Source: Octopus vulgaris (lineage: Eukaryota). From it: a stretch of 64,000 bases of DNA. The stretch covers positions 682,001 through 746,000 of the forward strand of contig OX597820.1 of the NCBI GenBank assembly GCA_951406725.2. The letters are read 5' to 3'. The notes beneath the pieces are model-generated. The model saw only the letters and a program-made list of their open reading frames with translations. It was not told where the DNA came from and searched no databases. Position numbers and translations under genes: made by a program. Shown here piece after piece: positions 37,421-49,234 of the stretch (its first letter is position 1; each line of letters begins with the position of its first letter).

Positions 37421-38534
37421 ATTTTTGGCCATTATTGAATGTCATTTAATCATTTAAAACGATTTTATTGGGGATTTTTATGAAAAAAAAAAAAAGAACA
37501 ATAGAAGAACCCCCAAAGAATAATTTCCACCTGTGTATATATATATATAATTTTCTGAAGTTGCATAGAGGAGCTGTAAGTAAATGAAACTTGGATTATT
37601 TTATTGTATTTGTGTTTTGATTTTTCGTGGAAGACGAGAGAGAAACTCATTTGCTGGACGCTCCATTAAATACTCAACCGGTCGAGGATTTTGTTTTTTG
37701 GGGGGCACACGTAGAATACTACAGTTCTTGTAACTAACACACACATATATGTATCTGTGTGTGTGTTGGCGTTTACGGAATACATCGTCTTCGTATGTCT
37801 ACATGGAATATATGTGTGTGTGTCTGTGTGTGTCTGTAATGAGTGGAAAGACTGAAACAATCGTAATATGTTTTTAAAAAATTAAAAGACAAAAAGCAGT
37901 TGTAGTATTTTAAATGATTTTACCTGAGGTGAAATAAAGGTTTATTTCACGTAAGGTAAAATTATTTAATACAAGCTAAATGAAATACTTCGCCTCTGTT
38001 TATGAAGGTTTATTACAGAACTAAGAAGAAAGAGAAAATCCGGTCATTTGTGGCTTATGTCGCTTGAAATGCCTCATTAAATACATCCCCGGATTTTGTC
38101 GACCGGATTAGAGATTATCTTTAAACATTAATCTTCTTTCTTTAATAATAATTTACACGTTGTTTGTTCTGCTTCTATTTAGAAGGAAAAATAAAATTGT
38201 ATGAACTTCAAAAGTCCTTTATTTTTTGTACCTTATACCGAAGAGCATTATTTACCGTAATTTGATACCTTAGTTCAAATTCCGCCGGGTCAATTATTAG
38301 TTTCAGTCTTGGTGAGTCATTATGGACAGGAATCATTATTTTACACTAAAATATTTGTATTCCTTCTTCCTCTGATGTGTCTTCTTTCAGGTTTCTGCTT
38401 TTTATATAGTTAAAACCTCAACAGATTTTCATATTTCAAATAAGCGTATCTTAAAAGAAAGGGTTTTCTTATAAATTTCAGCATCATTTGGTTCAATGTT
38501 TTTTTTCTTTCTCGAAATAATGAAATTATTGTCA

Positions 38535-38680
38535 TTTTGGCACAAAGCCAAGAATTTTGAGAGAAGAGGGGGGCAAATCAATTACATCGACCTTAGTACT
38601 TTCACACGTTGGTACTTTATTTTATTAACCCCTGAAAGGATGAAAGTCGTCCTCGGCAGTATTTGAACTCAATAACAAAA
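38535..38680 (-). mobile_element. SINE fragment (second family; another copy at 42090-42300)
   Basis: Shared GGCACAA.GCC...TTTTATT.AC.C.GAAAGG.TGA...CCT.GG.GGAATTTGAACTC with a B-box-like GAGTTCAAAT on the minus strand. Confidence 0.55.
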
Positions 38681-39543
38681 TAATGCGAAGTCCTTGCATT
38701 CCTTACTTCTTCATTCATATATGCAAACATGAAGGTTGAGTGAGGTTCTGATCGTGACAAATGGAAAGGATTGGGCATTTCTGTGTTCTTAAAAAATGTA
38801 TTTTAGTCAAAATATACTCCAATAAATCCATTATGCTGTACTCATCCCTGTAAGTATTTTATTTTGTGATTGCTTATTTAAAAATCAAGCTATTAATGCC
38901 CCCCTCCTCTTATAGACTCTAAATTAATAATCTTGTGTCATGGTGGATTACAAGATTAAATAACAACCGATGCAGTGTCGATAATTCAAGCAAATACGAA
39001 ATAGTCTGGCATTTATGTGATTTGATATGTGTAATATTAAATTATCTAATAAATTGGTTGATTTCTCATTTGGTTTTATTTAAACCTTTACTAAATTTTC
39101 CTAAAAAATTCTTCATTAACTCTTTCCATTTCAAACGATTGGCGTGAGAGCTTTTTTTTTTTATTTTTATTTTCACTTCACATTAATGGCTACGTGGGAA
39201 TATTTATGTGGCAAAGTAATTTACCTTGACGAAAATATTTGATAGAACAATAGTTCGACAAGGAGCGTTTTTCTTTTCTTTTCTTGTAGTGAATAAAAAT
39301 GATACATATTCAGAGGTTTAATATAGTGTATATCAAAATAAGTTTCTTTTAAGGGGTATAGAGACTCCTCGGGGTATATGTCTTCTTGCCAATAATTATC
39401 TGTATGTTTGCCCGTCTGTCCAGCTGCTAGGGGCCTTCTGTAGCCTCGGGCCGACCGATGTTTTATAAGCGAGTTTGGTACACGGAAACTGTGTGGAAGC
39501 CCGTTTTCTGTGTGTGTGTGTCTTATGTTTGTAGGGGGGGGGG

Positions 39544-39984
39544 AAATCCAAGCTGTGTCCTCTTCGAGCAAATCTGCTTATTCCAGTATTACAATTCACT
39601 ATGTAGTTGCTGTCGTTGTTGTTTTGATGTGAGGCACATATTAGAGTTGAAAGTTCTGGAAATATTGTTTGCAGAATTAATATATAACAAAACGGGAATC
39701 TAGAAAGTTTTTTGGTAATATTTATTCACCATTACACCTGTTTCATTTGCTAATAGGAATCACAAAATTGTACATATTGGATAAATATGTACAATTTTGT
39801 AATAGCTATTACCAAATGAAACATGTGTAATGGTGGAAAATAATAGCAAAAATGTTTTGAACTTTCTGTTTATAACTCTGCAAACAATATTTCCAAAATT
39901 TTCAAATCCAATGCATACCTCCCATTAAATGGAACTACATAAGGAATGAGCAGATATGCCTGAAGAGGATGCTGCTAGGATTTT
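39544..39984. mobile_element. Old fully palindromic (hairpin) MITE-like element, ~440 bp
   Basis: Centre ACAAAATTGTACATATT-GGATA-AATATGTACAATTTTGT. Paired blocks GGAAATATTGTTTGCAGA/TCTGCAAACAATATTTCC and TCCTCTTC/GAAGAGGA extend to the ends. Confidence 0.7.
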
Positions 39985-40104
39985 AACCATACATAATAAA
40001 TAATTATATATAAATATAGATGTTATTTTTTCTTCTGTTGTATATAGTCATGAGGCTTCATGCTGTTATATATGCATAATTCATCATCTGTTGTATTTAT
40101 ATAT

Positions 40105-40440
40105 CACGGCACTCTGTCAGTTATGACAGCGAGGGTTCTAGTTGATCTGATCAGCAGATCATCCAGCTCGTGAAATTAATGCGCAAGTGGTTGAGCACTC
40201 TACAGACACGTACCCTTAACGTAGTTCTCGGGGAGATTCAGTGTGACAAGGCTGGCCCTTTGAAATACAGGTACACCAGGAACAAGAAGAATAAGTGAGA
40301 AAAAGTTGTTGCCACCACCCCCTGCCGGAGCTTTTAGGTGTTTTGCTCAATAAACACTCACAACACTTGTTCTGGGAATCAAAACCGTGATCCTATGACT
40401 GCAAGTTTGCTGCCCTAACCACTGGGCCATTGCGCCTCCA
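40105..40440 (-). mobile_element. tRNA-derived SINE (third family)
   Basis: Minus strand begins GGAGGCGCAATGGCCCAGTGGTTAGGGC...GGTTTTGATTCC (A/B-box-like), followed by a non-tRNA body. Confidence 0.6.
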
Positions 40441-41009
40441 CTCTGCATATACAATGTCTTGTTTGTTTCTTTCTCTGTATACATTTGCTAGTTTTTTCCC
40501 AGTAGTTTAATAACAGCACTGGAACCTCCAAGATTGAGTGGTCTCAATGATAATGGCATGAAACTACAATGATATTTTGGCTCATTGACTGATGAGGAAA
40601 ATTCAACTGTGAATATTCCGGTATCGTGTCTTTGTTGTGTGTTGTATTCTTGAGCAAAGCACTTTATTTCACGTTGCTCCAGTTCACTCAGCTGTAGAAA
40701 TGAGTTGCAATGTCACTGGTGCCAAGCTGTATCGACATTTGTCTTTCCCTTGGATAACACTGGTGGCGTGGAGAGGAGGCCGGTATGCATGGGCGACTGC
40801 TGGTCTTCCATAAACAACCTTGCCCGGACTTGTGTCTAGGAGGGTAACTTTCTAGGTGCAATCCCATGGTCATACATGACCGAAGGGGGTCTTTTTTGTC
40901 TTTGTATTTCCTGTCTGTTAAGTTTTCGTCTAATTTTTCGTTTGCTCTGCTTTCATCTAACTTTTTTCCTTGTTGTGTTCTGTCTGTACAACCTTTATAT
41001 ATATATAAA

Positions 41010-41385
41010 CAAACACCATCCGAGCGTGGCCGTCCGCCAGCCTCGTCTGGCACCTGTGTCGGTGACACATAAGAAAACACCATCCGAGCGTGGCCGTCTG
41101 CCAGCCTCGTCTGGCACCTGTGTCGGTGGCACATAAAAAACACCATCCGAGCGTGGCCGTCTGCCAGCCTCGTCTGCCAGCCTCGTCTGGCACCTGTGTC
41201 GGTGGCACATAAAATCACCCTCTACACTCTTGGAGTGGTTGGCGTTAGGAAGGGCATCCAGCTGTAGAAACACTGCCACATCTGACTGGCCTGGTGCAGC
41301 CTTCGGGCTTCCCAGACCCCAGTTGAACCGTCCAACCCATGCTAGCATGGAAAGCGGACGTTAAACGATGATGATGATGATGATT
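41010..41385 (+). mobile_element. RTE-LINE 3' UTR copy
   Basis: Near-identical to the reverse complement of 19930-20240, with a (GAT)n tail. Further copies at ~41580-41760(-), 43245-43533(+), 43945-44098(+), 55635-55810(-) and 62870-63080(-). Confidence 0.8.
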
Positions 41386-44314
41386 ATGTATGTATATCTT
41401 TGATTAGCCGCCCCCCTTCCCCCATTGCTTGACAACTATTGTTTTATTTTTGTCTCTGTAATAGAACATTTATCAGACTTGAAAAATAAGTACTGAGGCC
41501 TATTTATTTAACTAAAGCTGTTTGAGGTTGTGCCCCAGCATGGCCACAGTCCAGTGACTGAAACAAGTGAAAGATACGTCATCATTGCACATTCATTTTC
41601 CATGCTGGGTGGGTTGGACGGTTTGGCAGGAACAGGCAAATCAGAAAGCTACACGAAGCTCTGCTGTCTGTTTTGGCATGGTTTCTACAGCTGGATGCCC
41701 TTCCTAATGCCAACCACTTTACAGAGAGCCCTGGGTGCTTTTTACATGGCACCAACAACAACGAAGTTTCACCAGGAATCAACTTTTTTTTAAGACTCCC
41801 TTTCATTATAGTTTCATGTTCTTGCTGATGCATGTCCTCCTGCAACTTAACCATTGGCAACATCTTCTCAATGGCCTCTGCATCTTGTTTGAACCACCAG
41901 GTTTATAGCTATGTGAATTTTCCAGTTCTTGAGGTGACTGCAAACCATTTAACCCTTTTGATATCTACCCACCTGAAACCAGCCTTGGCTCTATTATACA
42001 AATTCTTTGTTTTAAAGTGATCCAAAATGAACCTACCGTCAACATTTTGTGTTTATTTTTATTCCAAACTCCGGCTTAATAGTTTCAAATTTTGGCACAA
42101 GGCCGGTAATTTCAGGATGGAGAGAGGGTAAGTTGATAACCTTATCCCTGCTGTTCAACTGCTACTTATTTTATTGACTGCGAAAGGTTGAGAGTCAGAA
42201 TTGACCTTGGTGGAATTTGAACTCGGAACATAAAACCAAATGAAATGTTGCTAAGCATTTTGCCTAGCAAGCTTATTTCTACCAGCTTGCTACCTTACCC
42301 CAGCTTCATTAATGACTGTTATTTTACAAAATTCTTCGTTATTTTCAACGTTAATTGAAACAAAGGCAATGTATTTCCACAGAAATATAGTAACAAAAGG
42401 GTTAAAACTACACTTCAGCAAAGTCAGTATTAATCAGCACCAATCTTGACCCTATTTAGATAATAAGTTTGACAAGAAATGTTTTAATAACGTTAAAAGC
42501 TGTGGTCCTTCTTGTTTCCACAAGTTACATAACTGATATATATATAAATATACGTGTGTGTGTGTGTGTGTGCATTTCCTGTGTAAAATGGAGTTTATTC
42601 ATAACAGCAGTTTCATATTTCTACTGTAACAATATCTTCTCAAATTTCTTCATTATTAACTAAGCTAAAAACAGTGAATTGGCAAACTTGTTAGTGATAT
42701 TTGCAGTATTTGTCTCACCTCTTTATGTTCTGAGTTCAAATCCTGCCAAGGTCAACTTTGTTTTTTTTATCCCCTCTCAGGTTGATAAGGTGCTAGTCAA
42801 ATACAGGAGCCAATTTAACCAACTACCCCCCCCCCACTTCATAAAGTTCTGGCTTTGTGTCTGTTAGAAGTCATTTATTTTATCCTAAGCATGATATAGG
42901 TGCATATGTGGCTGTGTAGTTTGCTTCCCAAACATGAGGTCATGGGTTCAGTTCCACTGCACAGCACCTTGAGCAAGTGTCTTCTACTGCTGCTCTTGTC
43001 TGACCAAAGCCTTGGAAGTGGATTCATAAGTGGAAAGGTGCAACTGAAAGAATTCCATTGCATATGTATATACATACACAGGTGGACAACATTGGGGGTG
43101 TGGAAAGGGGTGGCTACTATGCATGGGTGGCTGCTGGTCTTCCATAAACAACCTTGCCTGGACTTGTGCTTCGGAGCAGGAACATTCTAGGTGCAATCCC
43201 ATGGTCATTCGTGACCGAAGTGGGGTGGAGGCTATTCCAGTGTCATCTAACCAACCCAGTAAAAGCACCTTTCAATTGTTGGGTGATATGCTGTGCTTGT
43301 GAAGACCTGTTGAACCAAGTGAAGTCAGTCGGTGGCTGGTGCCAGTGCCATCTGTCTGGCTCATAAAAAGCACCCACTACACTCACGGAGTGGTTGGCAT
43401 TAGGAAGGGCATCCAGCCGTAGAAACATTACCAGATCAGACTGGGCCTGGTGCAGCTTCCTGGCTTCCCAGGCCCCAGTTGAACTGTCCAACCCATGCTA
43501 GCATGGAAAGCGGACGATAAACGATGATGATGATATATATACATACATGTGTATGTACCTTTGTCCTGATACGTGATGGTTGTGTGAACGTTCATTATAC
43601 TAGTGGCGGTGTTTGTTTCCAGTCTTCTGTGAAGAATGTGTCTATGAGAAAATATTACCTTGGTTGGCAACAGGAAGGACATCCAGCCATAGATGACCTG
43701 CCTCCTGAAATTCTGTCTGACCCATGCAAGCATTGAAAAGTTGATATCAAATGATAATGATGTAGCAGTTATAAAGAAAGTGTTGCTTCATTAGTACCCT
43801 ACACTATTACAGCACATTAAGTGCGATGATTTGAGCACTTAGGTTGTTAATAATCTGTAATATTGTAACACCAGATGCAGATTAACTTGTTATCAAAAGC
43901 ATTTAACTGACAAATGCTTTCAACACCTTATTGTATTTCTCTTTCCTAAAAGCACCTGTGTCAATGCCATGTAAAAAGCACCCAACTGATGAACAGACGA
44001 TTGGAACTTGGTGCATTTCTCCTGCTTTCTAGTTCTGCCCAAACTGTCCAGCCCATACCAGCTTGGAAAACAGATTTTAAATGATGATGATGATGATAAC
44101 TGCAATAAAACAGACTGAAAACTAAGTCTAAATTATTCAGCTATTTCGTTAACATTTTATTATCTATTGATTAACAGTATATCTTTTCCTTTGGCTAGTT
44201 ATTGATTTTCTTTCTGAAATGACTTTTATATTCTATTCATTGCATATTGTAGTATATACCACAACACCATAATAATCCCATTGTAAATCTTAATCTCTGT
44301 GATTGGATAGTATA

Positions 44315-44565
44315 TGTTACACATTCATATCTATGTGTATACGTGTGTAGAATACATCCCCACTTTTGGCACTATTTGTTAGTGAACAGTATGAACTGTG
44401 TTTTAAAGTAAATAGTATTACTACGCTGTGTCTAACGATATATAGGTGTCGCTGTGCCGAAAGTAGCGCAGTTCGTGTAACATGGAAAAGTAAATAAACA
44501 CGTAAAAGAATAACTATGCTTCGTATTGAGTTGTCTTTCCCATTAGAACGAAATAACACATAACA
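44315..44565 (+). repeat. 5' LTR
   Basis: TGTTACAC...CATAACA. About 10 differences from the 3' LTR by manual count. Confidence 0.95.
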
Positions 44566-44578
44566 TGGTGGCAGCGGT
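44566..44578 (+). promoter_or_regulatory. Primer binding site (tRNA-Leu type)
   Basis: TGGTGGCAGCGGT directly after the LTR, complementary to the ACCGCUGCCACCA 3' end of tRNA-Leu. Confidence 0.8.
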
Positions 44579-44689
44579 AAATAATTAATTGGAAACTGTG
44601 CCTTTACAACAAAACAGAAACACAACGAACCAGAAATTAATAAACAAAACATCGCTTCGTCTTCGGACACACATACACAAGAATCCAAA

Positions 44690-47600
44690 ATGGCGACCCC
44701 CGTCGCCGTACAGATGAATCTACATCCAACCATGAATTGGGACTCCGGTGATATCGTAGAAGCGTTTAAGAAATTCAAACAGAAAACTCAACTAGTTTTC
44801 AGAAGTTTCCTGAAAGGCACAACTGAAGAAGAAAAGGTAAGCTATATCCTTTTATGGATGGGCGAAAAAGGTCTTGACCTATTCAACAGCTGGGACATGT
44901 CAGAATCGGATTGCAATAACCCAGACACACTTCAAGAGAAATTTGAAAGGCACCTAGAGCCCAGGTCGAGCCATAGAATTCACAGATACGAATTCCAGGG
45001 CCTGAAACAAGGCCCACAAGAAACGATTGACAATTTCCTGTCCAGAATAAAAAATGTTGCCGAAAAATGCAAATTCAAAGATAAGGACGAAAGAATTGTT
45101 GATCAATTAATATGGGGGTGTGCTCATAAAGAAGTTCAGAAATCCCTCATAGGTAAGGACGCTCTCCAGTTGATAGAAGCAGTAGACACTGCAAGAGCAT
45201 TCGAAGCCACTACCAAACAAATGGCCTCACTTACTTTACAAACAAGCTCACTAGGCAGCAGTGTAGATATTGTATCTAGGCACAGGACGAAACATACCCG
45301 CAAACAAAGAACATGCCAGTACTGTGGTATGGAGCATGAGTTCAATAACTGGAAGAAACGTCCAGCATTCGGTACACACTGCAAAGCATGTGGAAAACTT
45401 AACCACTGGAAAAAAATGTGTAGGTTGACAAAATCCCAGAAATACAAGCCCCAATTTTCAAAGAGGAGCGGAAATAGAAGAGATATACATGCACAACAAC
45501 AGGAACAAAACACCTCAGAGGAGGAATTCTTGGCAGTCGGCACAATAAATGTGCATGAGATGGGAAATGACGACCAGAAAAAAAATGAGGCATACACAAC
45601 AATAAGAATTCAAAAGAAGTCTGGCAAGAAACGAATGAACATTGACTTAAGGCTGAAGATTGACATTGGAGCCGAGAGTGATATCTTGCCTGTCAACCTT
45701 TACAAGAAGATGTTCCCAGAACACATGACAGAAGAGGATAAAATCAAAGAAGGAATCCTCACACCAAGTGATGTAATCCTCACTGCGTACGGAGGTAAAA
45801 GGATTCCACAACTGGGCAAAACAACAATTACAGGGACACACAAAGGAAAAATAATCAAGTGTTCTTTTTATGTCACAAGAACAGAGGGACCAGCAATTCT
45901 TAGACTCGATACCTGCGAAAAGCTAAATATTGTGTCAATCAATGGTGAAGTGAAGGCAACTCCGGGCAGGATTGACAGAGATATGCCTATCAAAGACCGA
46001 CCACCCATCACAAACAAAGATGAATTGATAAGCATGTACCCTGAATGCTTTGACGATACATTTGGGTGCTTTGTGAAATGTCGATACCATATAACAGTCG
46101 ACCCAAATATCAAACCAATTGTTCACCCACCTCGCCGCGTCCCTCTGGAGCTAAAAGAGAAGCTGAAGACAGAGTTGGACAAAATGGAAAAAAAAGAAAT
46201 AATCACCAAAGTGACACGACCAACAGACTGGGTAAATTCAATCGTAATCAAGGAAAAACCCAATGGTACCCTACGGATATGCCTCGATCCAAGGGACCTG
46301 AACAAGGCATTAAAAAGAGAGCACCATCCAATTCCAACCCTTGAAGAAATCACACCATCATTGGCTGGATCTAAATTATTCAGCAAACTGGATGCCAGTA
46401 ATGGGTACTGGAATGTAAAGATAGACAAAGAGTCATCCATGCTCACTACCTTCAACACACCATTTGGCAGATATCGATTCAACCGACTCCCATTTGGATT
46501 GAAGGTGAGCCAAGATCTTTTCCAGTGTCAAATAGATGAGACCTACCAAGGCTGCAAGGGAGCAATCGGAATAGCAGATGACATCCAAGTGCATGGCAAG
46601 GATGAGACCACACATGACTTGAATTTACATGAAGCTATGGAGAAAACCCGACAAGCAGGCATCAAACTCAATGCAAACAAGTGTGTGGTAAAAGCAAAGG
46701 AGTGCAAATTCTTTGGAATTATATACTCTGCAGAGGGAGTGAAACCAGACCCCGCTAAAGTGGAAGCCATCAGAGACATTAAAGAACCCAAAGACAAGGA
46801 ACTCAGGAGCTTCCTGGGACTCATCCACTACATGGGAGCCTTCATACCTAAGCTGGCTGATCACACTGCAAATCTCCGAGAACTAAACAAAGATGACGTA
46901 GAGTTTGATTGGTGTGCTTCACACACACAGGATTTCGAAGCAATCAAAAAGCTCATCAGTAAGGAGACAACTCTGCAGTACTATGACAGACGCAAACCAG
47001 TAACACTGCAAGTCGATGCTTCTATGAGAGGAGTTGGCGCAGCACTGATACAGGAAGGTAAACCCATTGCATATGCCTCGAAAGCTCTCTCACCCACAGA
47101 GACAAGGTACGCAAATATTGAAAGGGAACTCTTGGCAGTAGTATATGGATGGGAAAAGTTCCATACATACCTGTATGGCAGACACTTCAATATTAAAACA
47201 GACCATCGCCCGCTAGAACAAATACATAGAAAAAACCTCACGAAAGCACCAGCCAGACTGCAAAGATTACTGTTAAGGCTTCAAACATACGACTACGATA
47301 TCAGGTTCAAGCCAGGAAAAGACCTGATATTGGCGGATGCTCTTTCCAGACTATCCTCACATGATAAACAGGAGATGGAAGGACTAAGCATAAAGGTCCA
47401 CCACATTGTAAATGTAACAACTACAAAGCTAGCAGAAGTCAAAGAGGAGACCAGCAAAGATGAAGAACTCCAGTTCCTTACTCAGATGGTGATTCAGGGG
47501 TGGCCAGAAAAGAGACGTCAGGTGCAGCCCCTCATTCGTGAATATTTGGCCATCCATGATGTTATATCAGTGGAGAATGGAATCCTGATGGCTGGATCCC

Positions 47601-47908
47601 GAATAATTATACCCAAGTCAATGCAAAAAGAGATTCTTGACAAGATCCACCCAGGGCATCTCGGAATGGAGAAATGCAAGCTCCGAGTCAAGTCAGCAGT
47701 ATATTGGGTAAGCATGTACAAGGACATAGAGAAGACAGTTTCTACATGCCACATCTGTCAGAAGTACAGAAACTCACAACAAAAGGAGGAAATGATATCT
47801 AGTGACATCCCAAGAAGGCCATGGCAAACTATTGGAGCAGATCTGTTCACAGAGATCCAAGAATGGTATTTGATAATGGCCTGCTACTACTCCAAATTCC
47901 ATTTGTGA
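44690..47908 (+). CDS. Gag-Pol polyprotein (gag, CCHC, protease, RT, RNase H, integrase zinc finger)
   Basis: CKACGKLNHWKKMC; KIDIGAES (DTG-type site altered); LRICLDPRDLN, RLPFGL, IADD; VDAS...YANIERELLA...TDH; GHLG..KC...CHIC. Confidence 0.9.
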   Translation: MATPVAVQMNLHPTMNWDSGDIVEAFKKFKQKTQLVFRSFLKGTTEEEKVSYILLWMGEKGLDLFNSWDMSESDCNNPDTLQEKFERHLEPRSSHRIHRYEFQGLKQGPQETIDNFLSRIKNVAEKCKFKDKDERIVDQLIWGCAHKEVQKSLIGKDALQLIEAVDTARAFEATTKQMASLTLQTSSLGSSVDIVSRHRTKHTRKQRTCQYCGMEHEFNNWKKRPAFGTHCKACGKLNHWKKMCRLTKSQKYKPQFSKRSGNRRDIHAQQQEQNTSEEEFLAVGTINVHEMGNDDQKKNEAYTTIRIQKKSGKKRMNIDLRLKIDIGAESDILPVNLYKKMFPEHMTEEDKIKEGILTPSDVILTAYGGKRIPQLGKTTITGTHKGKIIKCSFYVTRTEGPAILRLDTCEKLNIVSINGEVKATPGRIDRDMPIKDRPPITNKDELISMYPECFDDTFGCFVKCRYHITVDPNIKPIVHPPRRVPLELKEKLKTELDKMEKKEIITKVTRPTDWVNSIVIKEKPNGTLRICLDPRDLNKALKREHHPIPTLEEITPSLAGSKLFSKLDASNGYWNVKIDKESSMLTTFNTPFGRYRFNRLPFGLKVSQDLFQCQIDETYQGCKGAIGIADDIQVHGKDETTHDLNLHEAMEKTRQAGIKLNANKCVVKAKECKFFGIIYSAEGVKPDPAKVEAIRDIKEPKDKELRSFLGLIHYMGAFIPKLADHTANLRELNKDDVEFDWCASHTQDFEAIKKLISKETTLQYYDRRKPVTLQVDASMRGVGAALIQEGKPIAYASKALSPTETRYANIERELLAVVYGWEKFHTYLYGRHFNIKTDHRPLEQIHRKNLTKAPARLQRLLLRLQTYDYDIRFKPGKDLILADALSRLSSHDKQEMEGLSIKVHHIVNVTTTKLAEVKEETSKDEELQFLTQMVIQGWPEKRRQVQPLIREYLAIHDVISVENGILMAGSRIIIPKSMQKEILDKIHPGHLGMEKCKLRVKSAVYWVSMYKDIEKTVSTCHICQKYRNSQQKEEMISSDIPRRPWQTIGADLFTEIQEWYLIMACYYSKFHL

Positions 47909-48795
47909 GAAAAGTGAAGGACCTGAGAGCCAAAACAATCACTACAGTGGATCGAGGACTTCTAGCAGAGCAAGGAATACCAGAGCAGATCATATGTGAC
48001 AACGGAACCCAGTTCACATCGCAAGAATTCAAAAAGCTAGCCGATGAGTATGGGTTCAATATTACAACCTCATCTCCACACTACCCCAAAGGTCATGGAT
48101 TTATAGAAAGACAGGTGCAGACAGTGAAGAGAACACTAGTCAAATGCCGAGAGACTAAGGAAGACCCACGCCTGGCACTTCTGTCCCTACGAGTGACACC
48201 ACTGAGAGCTGACATGAAATCCCCAGCAGAATTGCTGAATGGCAGGAAGTACAAAACTACCCTGCCAAGTAAGATCCAACCTCCTACTGACCAGGAAGGG
48301 ACAAGGGCAAAGCTAGCAGCCACTCAAGAACAATCACAGAAATATTACAACAAACATGCACAATACTTACCTGAGATACTTGGAGGACAACATGTGCATA
48401 CTCAAGATCCCGTAACTAAAACATGGATCCCAGCACAGGTTGTCAGTAGAGCTGAAACACCAAGATCGTATATAATAGAAACGGAATCTGGTAGGCAGCT
48501 GAGACGCAACAGGGCCCACATCCACCCAACACCAAAGCTGTCAAGGACAACGTGTACAACACCTGCTGCATCAGTGACAACACCCACAGAATCATCACCC
48601 CAACGGGCACAAACCACCCATCAGCAGACAACGTGTACAACACCTGCTGCATCAGTGACAACACCCACAGAATCATCACCCCAACGGGCACAAACCACCC
48701 ATCAGCAGCCCAACAACACACCTCAGACACCAGTGCGAAGCACAAGATCCACCAAATGGAGTTCGAACATTCTGCCACCGGTTCGATACCGTTAA
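47821..48795 (+). CDS. Integrase core, frameshifted from gag-pol near 47900
   Basis: GIPEQIICDNGTQF, TSSPHYPKGHGFIER and SPAELL. An 81-bp direct duplication lies at ~48547-48708. Confidence 0.85.
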   Translation: MANYWSRSVHRDPRMVFDNGLLLLQIPFVRKVKDLRAKTITTVDRGLLAEQGIPEQIICDNGTQFTSQEFKKLADEYGFNITTSSPHYPKGHGFIERQVQTVKRTLVKCRETKEDPRLALLSLRVTPLRADMKSPAELLNGRKYKTTLPSKIQPPTDQEGTRAKLAATQEQSQKYYNKHAQYLPEILGGQHVHTQDPVTKTWIPAQVVSRAETPRSYIIETESGRQLRRNRAHIHPTPKLSRTTCTTPAASVTTPTESSPQRAQTTHQQTTCTTPAASVTTPTESSPQRAQTTHQQPNNTPQTPVRSTRSTKWSSNILPPVRYR

Positions 48796-48983
48796 AGAAA
48801 AAAAGAAAGAAAATGAAAAGATAAGTAACTAATTCTGCTAGATTACAAAGCAGAGGCAGAATAATCTCACGGTTTCTGCTGCAGGATTGCCACCTCGCGC
48901 TGACAATCCATTAGAGTAAGGGAGACTACTATATTTGTCTTCACTGCCAAAAGACCCCCTTTTTTTTTTTCAAGAAGAAGGGA

Positions 48984-49234
48984 TGTTACACATTCATATC
49001 CATGTGTATACGTGTGTAGAATACATCCCCACTTTTGGCACTGTTTGTTAGTGAGCAGTACGAACTGTGTTTTAAAGTAAACAGTATTACTACACTGTGT
49101 CTAACGATATATAGGTGTCGCTGTGCCGAAAGTAGCGCAGTTCGTGTAACATGGAAAAGTAAATAAACACGTAAAAGAATAACTATGCTTCGTATTGAGT
49201 TGTCTTTCTCATTACAACGAAACTACACATAACA
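48984..49234 (+). repeat. 3' LTR preceded by polypurine tract
   Basis: AAGAAGAAGGGA (48972-48983), then TGTTACAC...CATAACA|GTATA. Confidence 0.95.

Larger units (their letters stand above)
44315..49234 (+). mobile_element. Near-full-length Gypsy LTR retrotransposon (Mag-like, single gag-pol)
   Basis: Two 251-bp TGT..ACA LTRs, 5-bp TSD GTATA, PBS, PPT, and domain order gag-PR-RT-RH-IN. Confidence 0.96.

Noticed and set aside
40370-40440. tRNA gene
   Set aside because: A/B-box-like sequence without a convincing cloverleaf, continuing into a SINE body. The same holds for the other SINE heads.
48540-48795. env-like or chromodomain extension of the Gypsy element
   Set aside because: A Thr/Pro-rich tail produced partly by an 81-bp duplication, with no signal peptide, transmembrane segment or chromodomain motif.
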